This document shows, in pieces, positions 52,960 to 62,594 of a DNA stretch of 64,000 nucleotides. The notes beneath the pieces were generated by a model, which was given only the letters and a program-made list of their open reading frames with translations, ran no database searches and was not told the origin of the DNA. The position numbers and the translations under genes are program-made. Origin of the DNA: Paramoeba atlantica (Eukaryota > Protista > Discosea); contig CDRNVI010000029.1 in the NCBI GenBank assembly GCA_977017575.1, forward strand, positions 806,001 through 870,000. The letters run 5' to 3'. Every line of letters starts with the position of its first letter. Position 1 is the first letter of the stretch.

Positions 52960-55488
52960 CTAAGATGGAGCGCTGCACTTAGAAAGTGAAGCCATTTGGT
53001 TCCAGAATAAACAAGGCGTATTCAAAAGACCAGGTGGCATGTGGAGCTTACTGCACTTCGGCGTGGAGCAACACCCAGACGTAGAAAATTCCTTACACGG
53101 TTTTGTAAGTTTGGACCACTCAGCCACAGAGGAACAAAGCACTGGCACAGGTATGGGCACATATACAGGTATCGCATCATCCGACAAGGAAAGAAGCGTA
53201 TCCTTCACTTCCTCGTCCTGCTCTCCAGTTTTTACCTTTGAATCCTCATTAGAACCCGCTGCCGTCATCGAATTTTCACCCCCCTTCTTCGCTTCCACAT
53301 CCTTCTTCGTCCCCCCTCCTTCCCTTTGCGTTTTCTTCTTTCCCCCCTCCACCCCCTCCCCCTCCGCCACCCGCGATGGCCAGTGCGGCGATCCCGCATA
53401 CACTCTCGGAAACGACCCTTCCGTTTTCATTGTCGCTGCCATCACCCCCTCCTCCTCCTCCTCCCCCGTCTCTCCCCCCCTCCCCCACCGCCGCACCATC
53501 CTCCCCCGGCGCTCCACCTCATCCGGGTGCACGTACGGGCAGCACGCCGCGAGCAGGTGTTCCTGGCACAGCCCCCCTGCGGGGCACGCCACGGCCTCGT
53601 GCACGTACACACACCCGCGGTCGCCGCACGCCCCGAACTCCTTGTAGGCCGCACACGGCAGCGTGGGCTCCGCGCACACCCGGCAGCGGTACGCGAGCCG
53701 GGGGGCGGCGGGGGCCAGGGAGCACAGCTCGGGGACGGGGGTACACATGAAGTGGGGCGCTACCCGGCGGCAGTCGATGCAGCGCTCCAGCAGGGCGTGC
53801 CGGAGCTGGGCGCGCTTGGTGTGGAGACGACGCGCCCGGCGTAGGCTGGCACGGGAACGGGGGAGGGGTGGTTGTGGTTGTTGTTCATTTTCTTGTTCTT
53901 GTTCATTTTCTTCTTCTTGTTTATTTTCTTTTTCTTGATCATTTTGTTGTTGTTGTTGTTCATTTTCTTGTTGTTGTTGTTGTTGTTGTTTATTTTCTTC
54001 TTCTTCTCGTTGTGGTTGTGGTTGTGGTTGTGGTTTGTTGGTTTTGGATTGATTCTTGTTGATTTCGGATGGGGTTGGGTTGGGTTTCGTTTGTTCGTCG
54101 GATGGGGTTTCTGGTTGGTGTGCCTCGGTTTGAGGTTTGTAGGTTTGTGCTTGTGGGTTGTGGGCTTCGGTTTGTGGTTTCTTAGTTTGTGTTTGTGGTT
54201 GGCTTGTTTTTGTTTGTGGTTTGTTTAGATTTGGTTGTTGTTTTCGTGTAGATGGAAAGGCGGAGGACACGAAAACCTTATAGCCGACGCTGTGGCTACG
54301 GAGAGGTTTGGAGCTTCCTGTGGGGGTCGCCTTACGCTGTTGAGTGGTACTGTAATGAGGTCCGGATGGAATGGAGGAAGACGGGGGGTGTTTTTGGCTG
54401 CGAGGGTAGTGGGTGGATTTAGCTGGAGCCGTGCTTCGAGCGCGTTGATGGGGATTGAAATTCGCTCGTTCATAGTCCTTGTGAGAGAATCCGTGTCTTC
54501 TTGACATCTCCTGGCCGTGTTCTCCTGTGTCTTCGAGAGTCATGGCACCGCGTTCGGTGTAGTGCGCATAGGCAATATCCAGGGGTACGTAGGGGAGAGG
54601 CTGCAAGTCCAACCGACAATCAGTGGACAGAAATTTAATACTATTGCGCTGCAGTTTACACCAGAAATTACGCGTGCCTGCCTGAAAACTTGCTAGCATG
54701 GAGGCGTATTCGCTTAAATCATGGGACGTAGCGAGTGCATGCCGTATGGGATCTTCCTGGAAAGGGAAGTAGTCCCCCATAGCAGGTAGTCGCAATACAC
54801 CACGACGATTACGACCGCGATGTTCCTCGGTATGTGTCCCTGTCATTGTCATGGCTAGTGCAATGTCAATGAAATTATGAGGACGGAAGGGTGGTGGGAC
54901 CCTTCCACCTGGCGCTACGCCATACGCTGACTCTGCGGGGTGAATTTGCTGCACTGCAGCAAGTAGAGGACGTGCATCCCAGACAGCTTTGCTGATCGTG
55001 TTGCACTCCAGCAGTGGGACGAGGTGGGTGAGAACGGACTCTGAGGTTAAGGACGCGGGCTCGCACAGTAATATGTAGTTTCGCTGAGTAATCGATATCG
55101 CTAGGTGCGTGGGAAGGGGTCGGAACGGGGATCCGGAGGGTGAGACGTCGGCCAGATTCATCCAAATCGGACAGAGACCCACAATGGCGACGTCCATTTT
55201 ACGTTGACTCACCCGAGTTGAGACCGTTCCGATGTAGTCACGCAGTTGGCATCCCAGCTCGTGAGGGGTCGAGACTTTTCGCACGGGGATACTGGGGGAA
55301 AAACCTGTAGTGGCAGTGGAGGTGATGCCACGTGGTTTCGGAGATTCTACATTAGAAGAGCAAGTTTGGAAAGGCTTATCCGCTGATTTACCATATACAC
55401 TTGTTGTAGCTCCGTCTGATGCGTCCGGATGCGCTGCCATTCCTGTATTTATCTTGCTTTCTTGGTTCTGAAGCTCCTTGTTCGACAT
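52960..55488 (-). CDS. 842-aa protein: degenerate DEDDy 3'-5' exonuclease-like domain, Q/E-rich linker, several CCCH zinc fingers
   Basis: LECNTISKAVWDARPLLAAV, FIDIALA and LQPLP resemble the EXD/WRN-exo scaffold. CCCH-like CAAYKEFGACGDRGCVYVH and CKEFSTSGCCSTPKCSKLH; polyQ/E microsatellite at 53870-54030. Confidence 0.6.
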   Translation of the reverse strand: MSNKELQNQESKINTGMAAHPDASDGATTSVYGKSADKPFQTCSSNVESPKPRGITSTATTGFSPSIPVRKVSTPHELGCQLRDYIGTVSTRVSQRKMDVAIVGLCPIWMNLADVSPSGSPFRPLPTHLAISITQRNYILLCEPASLTSESVLTHLVPLLECNTISKAVWDARPLLAAVQQIHPAESAYGVAPGGRVPPPFRPHNFIDIALAMTMTGTHTEEHRGRNRRGVLRLPAMGDYFPFQEDPIRHALATSHDLSEYASMLASFQAGTRNFWCKLQRNSIKFLSTDCRLDLQPLPYVPLDIAYAHYTERGAMTLEDTGEHGQEMSRRHGFSHKDYERANFNPHQRARSTAPAKSTHYPRSQKHPPSSSIPSGPHYSTTQQRKATPTGSSKPLRSHSVGYKVFVSSAFPSTRKQQPNLNKPQTKTSQPQTQTKKPQTEAHNPQAQTYKPQTEAHQPETPSDEQTKPNPTPSEINKNQSKTNKPQPQPQPQREEEENKQQQQQQQENEQQQQQNDQEKENKQEEENEQEQENEQQPQPPLPRSRASLRRARRLHTKRAQLRHALLERCIDCRRVAPHFMCTPVPELCSLAPAAPRLAYRCRVCAEPTLPCAAYKEFGACGDRGCVYVHEAVACPAGGLCQEHLLAACCPYVHPDEVERRGRMVRRWGRGGETGEEEEEGVMAATMKTEGSFPRVYAGSPHWPSRVAEGEGVEGGKKKTQREGGGTKKDVEAKKGGENSMTAAGSNEDSKVKTGEQDEEVKDTLLSLSDDAIPVYVPIPVPVLCSSVAEWSKLTKPCKEFSTSGCCSTPKCSKLHMPPGLLNTPCLFWNQMASLSKCSAPS

Positions 55489-55742
55489 AAGAGTATACTT
55501 TTAGTCTGAAGTAGAAAAAAATGCAAGAATTATAAAAGCGTGTACAACCGTGGGAAAAGAAAAGAAACTTTGAAAAGCTTTCTAAACGTAAAAATTTGTT
55601 TACACGCCTTTATGGAACGAGCCCTGGACTGCGACAATTAGAATCCACGCGGAACCCTTCCTGTAATTATCTATTGGCGTTAATCATTTTTAAGAAATCG
55701 TTCGGATAATGCGTAGATAAATCACTGTGCCTTACTCTACTG

Positions 55743-58700
55743 CTACGACGATTTTAAATAATTCCGAAGTGAGTCATATCGTACATTTTTAACTAGTGTC
55801 CCGGGTCCCAAAAGTTTCTTAAAACCCTCCCCCAATAACTCAAGTTCAGCGGTTTTACAAACACAGAGTATGTATCGTGCAGAGACTTGTAACACTTGTG
55901 AAAGTTGTGGGGCTGCTCTACGCCATATTTCAGGTGCCGCCATTTGCTTTGCAGTTTCGTAGTATGTTTGGGGAAGTAGCCCGAGACAGTGAGAGAGAGC
56001 ACTGGAGCGTACGTCGGAAACGGTTGCCCATGATGAGCAAGCCGAATATCTAAAACTGCACATTGCATTCGTGTATTTATCTCCGGACAACCAGTCAGGT
56101 AGTGCTGAGGTACCCTCGCGTAAATGTATATTTGTCACTTTTCTATCTTTCACGTGTTCTAGGGCACGCTCTATTGGTAATAGCATGCTTTTGAGCGCTT
56201 TCACGGGGTCAGTACAATCATGTGCTTTAACCGTCAGAAGTTCATAATATTTATCGATACGTGCGTACGCCCCGTACGCGTATCCCGCGTCGCGTACAGA
56301 AGTTTGCAGTGGCCCATCCATCGTGCTGAGTGCGTGGCATACAAAAGAGGTAGCAATGAAGTCTTCAGAACTATCTATGCGTAGTGGAACAATAATCCGA
56401 ACGTCTGCTCCGTCGGCCTCGTCGACACCGGTCAGGAGACATTTCCCTGCCCAATTGCAAATCAAGTCATTAAGGAATGAGTTATTACGTTTAACAATAT
56501 TTTCGTCGTCGGCCAGTATTTCCGAAGTTCGTTCTTTCTGAGAATCTAAAGTTGCAGTGGTAATTACTTTTCGATGAAGAGTTACGGATTTTTTGACCAA
56601 GACCTGTCTTTGCCATTCGTCTGAATCCACCGTGCTGTCCGAAGACTCATTTGCTTGTTTCAAGAAATAATCCATTTCTTGCATTTGCGAAGCTATTTTC
56701 CAAACATCCTTCGCAATTCGGGCAGATGATTCATGCCCTGGGGAGGTTACAAGTATATAACAAGGACTCTGTTTCACTAAAACTCTTTCGTATACTTTGG
56801 ACAGTGCCTCGACGTCATCATTGGTGCATACTTTTCGTATTCTTTGGAGAAAACATTCCAAGTGGAATGAAGACAAGTAATACAATAAAAAGTTATCTTT
56901 GCTAGCTTTGAGAAGTAGTGCAAGCTGACTCTCAACAAAGCTTTTTTCCCTTCGCGATTCTTGAATAGCAACAAACAAACGATGCGCTATGACCTGCACC
57001 CGCGCTGCTGTAAATTTAACCTTTTGAGTAACATTTTCGAACCATTTCAAAAGTGAAGGAACAGCTTCTTGACGGACAGTAAGTTCAATACAAAATAGAT
57101 GAGGAGCTGCACCCGCAGAAAAATAACGATTCGGACCTATTCCAAAATAGCAACTGTAGGATTGAATCTCATGGTGCAGATCGAAAGCTACTTGGGCGTA
57201 AGACATGTCTGGAGACATGTCAGATTCGAATAGTAGATCCCCCATCATAGCCAAATATTGAATCAGCTGAGGTGTATGTGGCACCTCGGAGACATCATAA
57301 AAGGCTTGCACGCTTACAAATTCCGTACAAGGAACAACCGTAAGGCACTGTAGCTTTGTACATAAATCTGTGTCAGGCATCGCTAGTGATTTTTTGCACT
57401 GCATTTTTTGTCGTCGAGAGAAATGAAGATATTCAACTATCACTTCGTGCGGAAGCAATGATACACTGGAAGAAAGCATCGCAGGGTGATCATGAAATAC
57501 GTTCTTGCATAACTCAATGTTTTTGCGAAGCAAAACTCTTTGTTGGTAATGTCTCATTAGACTTCGATGACCCGATCTACTGATGCTATGTTGCAGTAAC
57601 CCTTGTAATCTTTTAGAACATTTTTCTTTGTTTTTAGTGGCTCTCCTGCTCGGAATCATATGTATCTCCACGTGATGACAAGTCGCCTTCATAAAATACG
57701 TTTCAAAAGTAGACAACCATTGCGGCGCACTAAATTGTTTACATGTCGTAACTGCGCCACTGAGTACATCCTTCACACATGTTTGGGGATGTGAGGGATG
57801 GTAGACAAGTTCATGTAATAAATGTGAGCTGATATGCTCAAGGGGTTCCTCTTCATATCCATATTGTGCATCATCACATGATTTTTCCACCTGTCTAGAA
57901 AGCTCTCGTAGAACACAGGAGCTGTTTCCTTCTAGGTCCCGATGGATTTGATGAAAAACTTCTTCGAATTTATTCCAAAATTCTTCAAATTTACGCTTTC
58001 GCTGAACACCTTGAAAACACACAACGATTGAGCTTTCTTGGCGCAGAATAACATCGAAAGATACTGATGTTGCCCATGGTGGATCACATTCTACAAAGGC
58101 TTGATGGCATGGAGAAGCATTGTGTCCATTTATGTATCCGATCAGTACATTTATCGCGAGACTGAGTGCGGGATCCTTCCTATGGCACTGGGGTAGTCTC
58201 CAGGCAAGATAGACAGTTGACGATGAGAGATCTGTACTTGGAAATAAAATGCGGCGTCGACGGGTGACCGCGCGTTTCAGACGATTTCCGAAATCATGAA
58301 TTGTATTGAAGGATTCTGGGTTAACAGTCCTCCCTGCGACAGTCCTATAACCTGGGCTTTGCATTCCACACAAAAAGTCGAAATACTTGTCAATGTGTCC
58401 CAGTATGCTTTCACGGTTCCGAAACTGGCCGACAAAAACAAAGATCAGATTTTGAGGGTAGTAATGCTGTCGGTGATATCGTCGCACATCTCCCACGGAA
58501 AGTGTAGCAAGATCTTTCGTGCGACCTCCACTATCGTATATGTAGCGACTTCGAGGGTAGAGAAGTCGATGTAACGCATTTTGGGCTAGATCGGTTTCCG
58601 AATTCTCACGGTTAAGCATTTCACTATACACCACTCCGCCATGTGTGCCACGGGAAGTGAAGTGCTGCACCTCGGTTCGGAAATCTGAAGGCAGGAGAGA

Positions 58701-59099
58701 TGGTCGTAATACGTGCTCCAAATACATGGGCAACATTGCGGTAATGCCATCTTCGGATAGAGTATCTATGGTATATACGGTGTGATCTGTGGCAGTGTAC
58801 GCATTCGTCCCGTGACTAAGACAACGCAATGCCACGGCGTCTAGATGACCCCTCGAGTGGTGCTTAGTTCCCATAAAACACAAATGCTCCAGGCAGTGTG
58901 GTAACCCTCGGTTGTCATGAACTGGTGTACGAACCGCAATGTTGAGGCGATAATTCGGACCTGGAACACTAGCAAAAGCTATTTACGTGAGATACGACTT
59001 GTGCTCATAGACACATACGCCGTGCCTCGCGCAGCCGTCGAAAAATTCCCATGGTCCGATATCATAATTCTTGGAGGCACAGCTATCACTGTCAGGCAT
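55743..59099 (-). CDS. M16C-type zinc metallopeptidase (insulinase family) with an in-frame TAA at 58983-58985
   Basis: ATG 59099, then ..VYEHKSYLT*IAFASVPGP..DNRGLPHCLEHLCFMG (HxxEH), TNAYTATDHTVY, GVVYSEM. Both parts are in the same frame; the track start at 58883 omits the catalytic motif. Confidence 0.88.
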
Positions 59100-59450
59100 T
59101 TGCTCGTAGAGTTTCTTTCTACTATAAGGGACATGTAAAACAGAATGTAGAAAAATTAATTGTCTAAACATTTGCGCATGTATGAACTAGGTTACTTAGT
59201 TCATGAAGTAAGTACATGTCACAAAAATGACATTATCTAATTCATATTGATTCGCCATCAAATTTTGAGTAAAGAAGCAAGGTCAAATTGATCAACGTGT
59301 AACTGACGAGTTTGTATTGGCATTTTAGAGTTTTGAGTTGGTTTTTTCTAACCGCTGTTGAGTGAAACGTTCCCCCCAAAATTCGTGGCCAATGAATTAA
59401 GCTACATGAGGCCATGCTACCCAGTAGAAGTATCACAAAGGTATCACAAC

Positions 59451-60980
59451 CTATCCAGGACATAATTCGTAAAAAGCCATGTAGATTTCACATCTATCTA
59501 CCTCTTCCTCCGACACGGCTCGGTAACTGTTATCGCTAACGTAATACCACTGATGTCCGCGTTGCAAATAACACACGAAATGTCCCGAGTTCGTGGCCTC
59601 CCCTTCGTGAACTACAGCTGCACGGAGCTGATATGATTTCGCCAAAGAAGGCGAATGAGTGAAATCGTTTCGCCCAGTTTGGCTGGGATTAAAAATTCCT
59701 CCTGGAACAAGATCTGCGAAGCAAACGGGTAATTTTTCTCGAATTTTAAGAGTGCGGGGGGGTACGGAACCGAGCGCTGGTGTAGTGCTGCCGCTGTTCG
59801 TATGCTGCGCAGGTTTTAAATGTCTTTCGAGGTGAACTGTAAGAATAACTGGCCACTGGACGGAGTGCGGTATATCGTTTCGTGGGGCTTGTTCAACCGC
59901 AATAGCGTAATTCTCAGTACTAGAATTAGTACGTGCACTTGTTCCTAAAGACTTCTGCCCTACAACTAGATTCTCGAAATCTTTAATCATCTTATGAGGC
60001 TCTGGTAATTTTTGTGATATTATTTCATTACCCAAAGCCAAGAGTGTGGGTTGTATTCTTCTGTAGCTCGTAGGGTTTCTTTTGAAAATCGGTTTAGCTC
60101 CATATTTCAAAAGGCTTGATGCTGATTTCCTTTCATCGTGACGCGCCAAATCAGTATTCTTCGCGAATTGTTTCCATGAATTGTATGGAAAAGAAATGAT
60201 TGAAAAATAGTCTTTCTCCATACGACCTGTAAAACATTCCTTGAAGAGCGCCAATGTCTTCGAAAATGGTGAATTTTCAGTGCAACATTCTTCGAATTTA
60301 TTGAGTATTTCTCCGTAAACAACGGCACAATCCCGCATCCCCCGTTTGCTTTCCTTTTGGAACAACGAAGGATAGTCAGATCTCAGATGGATTTTATCTT
60401 TAGAGCACTTCTGTAGCTCAGTCAGAACGCCGAGCAAATCAAAACAATACGAAGTATTAAGACAATTTCTAGTGGCATTAAAAGTCCCCGAACGAAGTGA
60501 ACTCCTGTACTCCAGAGTACTATCTCGAAATTGCTGAAACATGTTTAACGGTATCACGCTTCCAAGACACTGCAGTAGAACAATGAGAGCACAGTCCTCC
60601 GCCTCGTTTACTACGGATCGTGGAGCACCTCGTAGAGGGGATGAATTATGCGGTAGCAAAATATATCCTCCTTCATCGTAATTTTCACTCCGGTCATAGT
60701 ACGCACCTTGTTCTACAGGGTCCCTTATCTCTAAGGCGGAGAATACGTTCCTTACTCTGCGGCGCTTCTGATGGCTCAATAGATGTTCTTCACATAGCGC
60801 GATGTGACAAAAACGACATGATACGCTTACACGTTTACAACATGAACCATTTATTTGGTTAGTTTTGCGGTTTCCCGACACGATGTTTTTTCGATGAAAA
60901 CGGCAGCTTGCTAAGTTGCCCTCTCGACTCAAATGCGATGTGGAAGTTAGTAATTTGCATTCAATGCAAACTTGCAGCAT
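59451..60980 (-). CDS. Divergent ubiquitin-specific protease (C19) with Cys/His-rich N-terminus
   Basis: His box YQLRAAVVHEGEATNSGHFVCY..WYYVSD..YMAFYE; altered Cys box VVNEAEDCALIVLLQCL; N-terminal CIEC..CRFC..CEEH. Confidence 0.85.
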   Translation of the reverse strand: MLQVCIECKLLTSTSHLSREGNLASCRFHRKNIVSGNRKTNQINGSCCKRVSVSCRFCHIALCEEHLLSHQKRRRVRNVFSALEIRDPVEQGAYYDRSENYDEGGYILLPHNSSPLRGAPRSVVNEAEDCALIVLLQCLGSVIPLNMFQQFRDSTLEYRSSLRSGTFNATRNCLNTSYCFDLLGVLTELQKCSKDKIHLRSDYPSLFQKESKRGMRDCAVVYGEILNKFEECCTENSPFSKTLALFKECFTGRMEKDYFSIISFPYNSWKQFAKNTDLARHDERKSASSLLKYGAKPIFKRNPTSYRRIQPTLLALGNEIISQKLPEPHKMIKDFENLVVGQKSLGTSARTNSSTENYAIAVEQAPRNDIPHSVQWPVILTVHLERHLKPAQHTNSGSTTPALGSVPPRTLKIREKLPVCFADLVPGGIFNPSQTGRNDFTHSPSLAKSYQLRAAVVHEGEATNSGHFVCYLQRGHQWYYVSDNSYRAVSEEEVDRCEIYMAFYELCPG

Positions 60981-61455
60981 TGTAATCTTTGCGAAACTTC
61001 AATTTCTATACCTGTTTTACGTGGAGAAAACGTGGCAGAAAACTTTTTGTTCTAACTTTACTCTTATTAAAGGAGGCTTGAGACATTAAAGAAAGCAAGA
61101 AGAATTCAGAGGATGAGGAAGGAGAAATTCGATGGAATGAGAAGAGGGAAAGGAAGACGAAGCAAAGGACGGCGACAGGAAATCCGTAAAAAGTACATTA
61201 ACTGGGGCATCCCCCAAAAAGACAACACTCTAAAAAACAGTGCAACTTAATCCGACGTACACGGAAAATAGGATACGGCTTACAGTATACACAGTACACA
61301 TCATCTAAAAAAAAATTTGCGGGTGGGTGCGGGCTGGGTGCATATACATGTAAACTGTATTAATATTTTTCTGATATAAAGTATGATCTGGGACACATTG
61401 TCCCACAGAGAGTAGTCAATGCGCCTGTAAAAGTACTAGCCAAGATGCAGGTGGT

Positions 61456-62358
61456 TTAGCCCTGCTCCGACGTCGCCCTGTAGTGCGCATTCTCAATGAG
61501 GTAGCCATAATCGTCACTTCTAAACCCTGGAATGAGTTTCGCGCGATTAGGGTGAGGGAGCAGCTCCTGACCATACTCCCTCCAAACAGCCTCTATGCGG
61601 GTAACGTACTCCATCATGCGTACGTAGATGGCTTCACAGATCAACGAAGTGGCAACGTAGGACGCCAAGGTGTGCTCGACCCCTGTAAAAGCTGTCGGGT
61701 ATGGTTCGTCGGGTGGGGGGTCCACATACTCCTGTAGTTCCCCTAGTATCGAGCGTAGCATTGTGGATTTTTCGAAAAAACACGGCCTGAACCCCTTTGG
61801 AATATTTAAAATCTGATCCACTCCGAGCAAATCCCAGAGAGTCTCCATGTTATAGGTTGCCATAGCCTGTTGAGAGAGTGCCGTATGATGTTTGGCCTCA
61901 GCCATTGGAAACAAATGTAATAGGGGATAGACGGAGAGCTTGTGCATCAGGACCGCTCCCTTGGTTAATTCCTGTCGGGCGGCCTGATAACGTCGAAGAA
62001 ACATCCCTTCGGGAATCTGTGCACATTCAGGGAGAGACCACCGGATGACGCCTTTTCGTTTTAGGTAATGCATCGCGGCTAATATTTTTTCGCGTCGAAT
62101 CCGGTCATCCAAGTCAAGAGACTTTTGTGCACTTGCCACAGAGAACGAATGCAACGTCATTCTTTTCCACATGTCCTTCGGCACCCAGCGCCGGGAATAG
62201 GAAATGAGACACTCAAGGAACATTTGAAGACACATGTGATCCTTCTTTCCCACGTGTTCTCCCCACGCGTTGTACGGCTCTTTGCACAAACTACACCAAT
62301 TTGGCGTCATATTCCACTGTCGGCACTTAGCATCTAAGAATTTTGTTGCACGTTTCAT
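61456..62358 (-). CDS. Editosome KREPB4/KREPB5-like protein (U1-like zinc finger, degenerate RNase III)
   Basis: WCSLCKEPYNAWGEHVGKKDHMCL (CxxC..H..H); YNMETLWDL; MLRSILGEL at the position of the RNase III EAxxGxL block; presequence-like N-terminus. Assignment rests on recalled trypanosome sequences. Confidence 0.62.
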   Translation of the reverse strand: MKRATKFLDAKCRQWNMTPNWCSLCKEPYNAWGEHVGKKDHMCLQMFLECLISYSRRWVPKDMWKRMTLHSFSVASAQKSLDLDDRIRREKILAAMHYLKRKGVIRWSLPECAQIPEGMFLRRYQAARQELTKGAVLMHKLSVYPLLHLFPMAEAKHHTALSQQAMATYNMETLWDLLGVDQILNIPKGFRPCFFEKSTMLRSILGELQEYVDPPPDEPYPTAFTGVEHTLASYVATSLICEAIYVRMMEYVTRIEAVWREYGQELLPHPNRAKLIPGFRSDDYGYLIENAHYRATSEQG

Positions 62359-62594
62359 GAAAAGCAATGTGGAATGTTCGAATACAGTCGTAATATAGGC
62401 AGAGTGTGGAATAGCTTTGATTCAAGATAATTAATTAATAATTCAAGATAAGAAATTACTTTAAAGGAAACATATTTTTTTTAAACATAAACATAGTGCT
62501 ACTTCGAATTGAAAGGGAAATAGGCAATAGGACTCCTTCAGACACGTGATACACGTTCACTGGGGGGAAAGCAAATAAATCCCTGTGATTCGTT

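Noticed and set aside
53039-54504. Plus-strand hydrophobic or poly-V/L ORFs
   Set aside because: Antisense reading of the (CAA)n/(GAA)n polyQ/E linker; not membrane proteins.
58983-58985. Blastocrithidia-style stop-codon reassignment
   Set aside because: TAA, TAG and TGA all terminate conserved genes at expected C-termini here, and other long ORFs have no internal stops.
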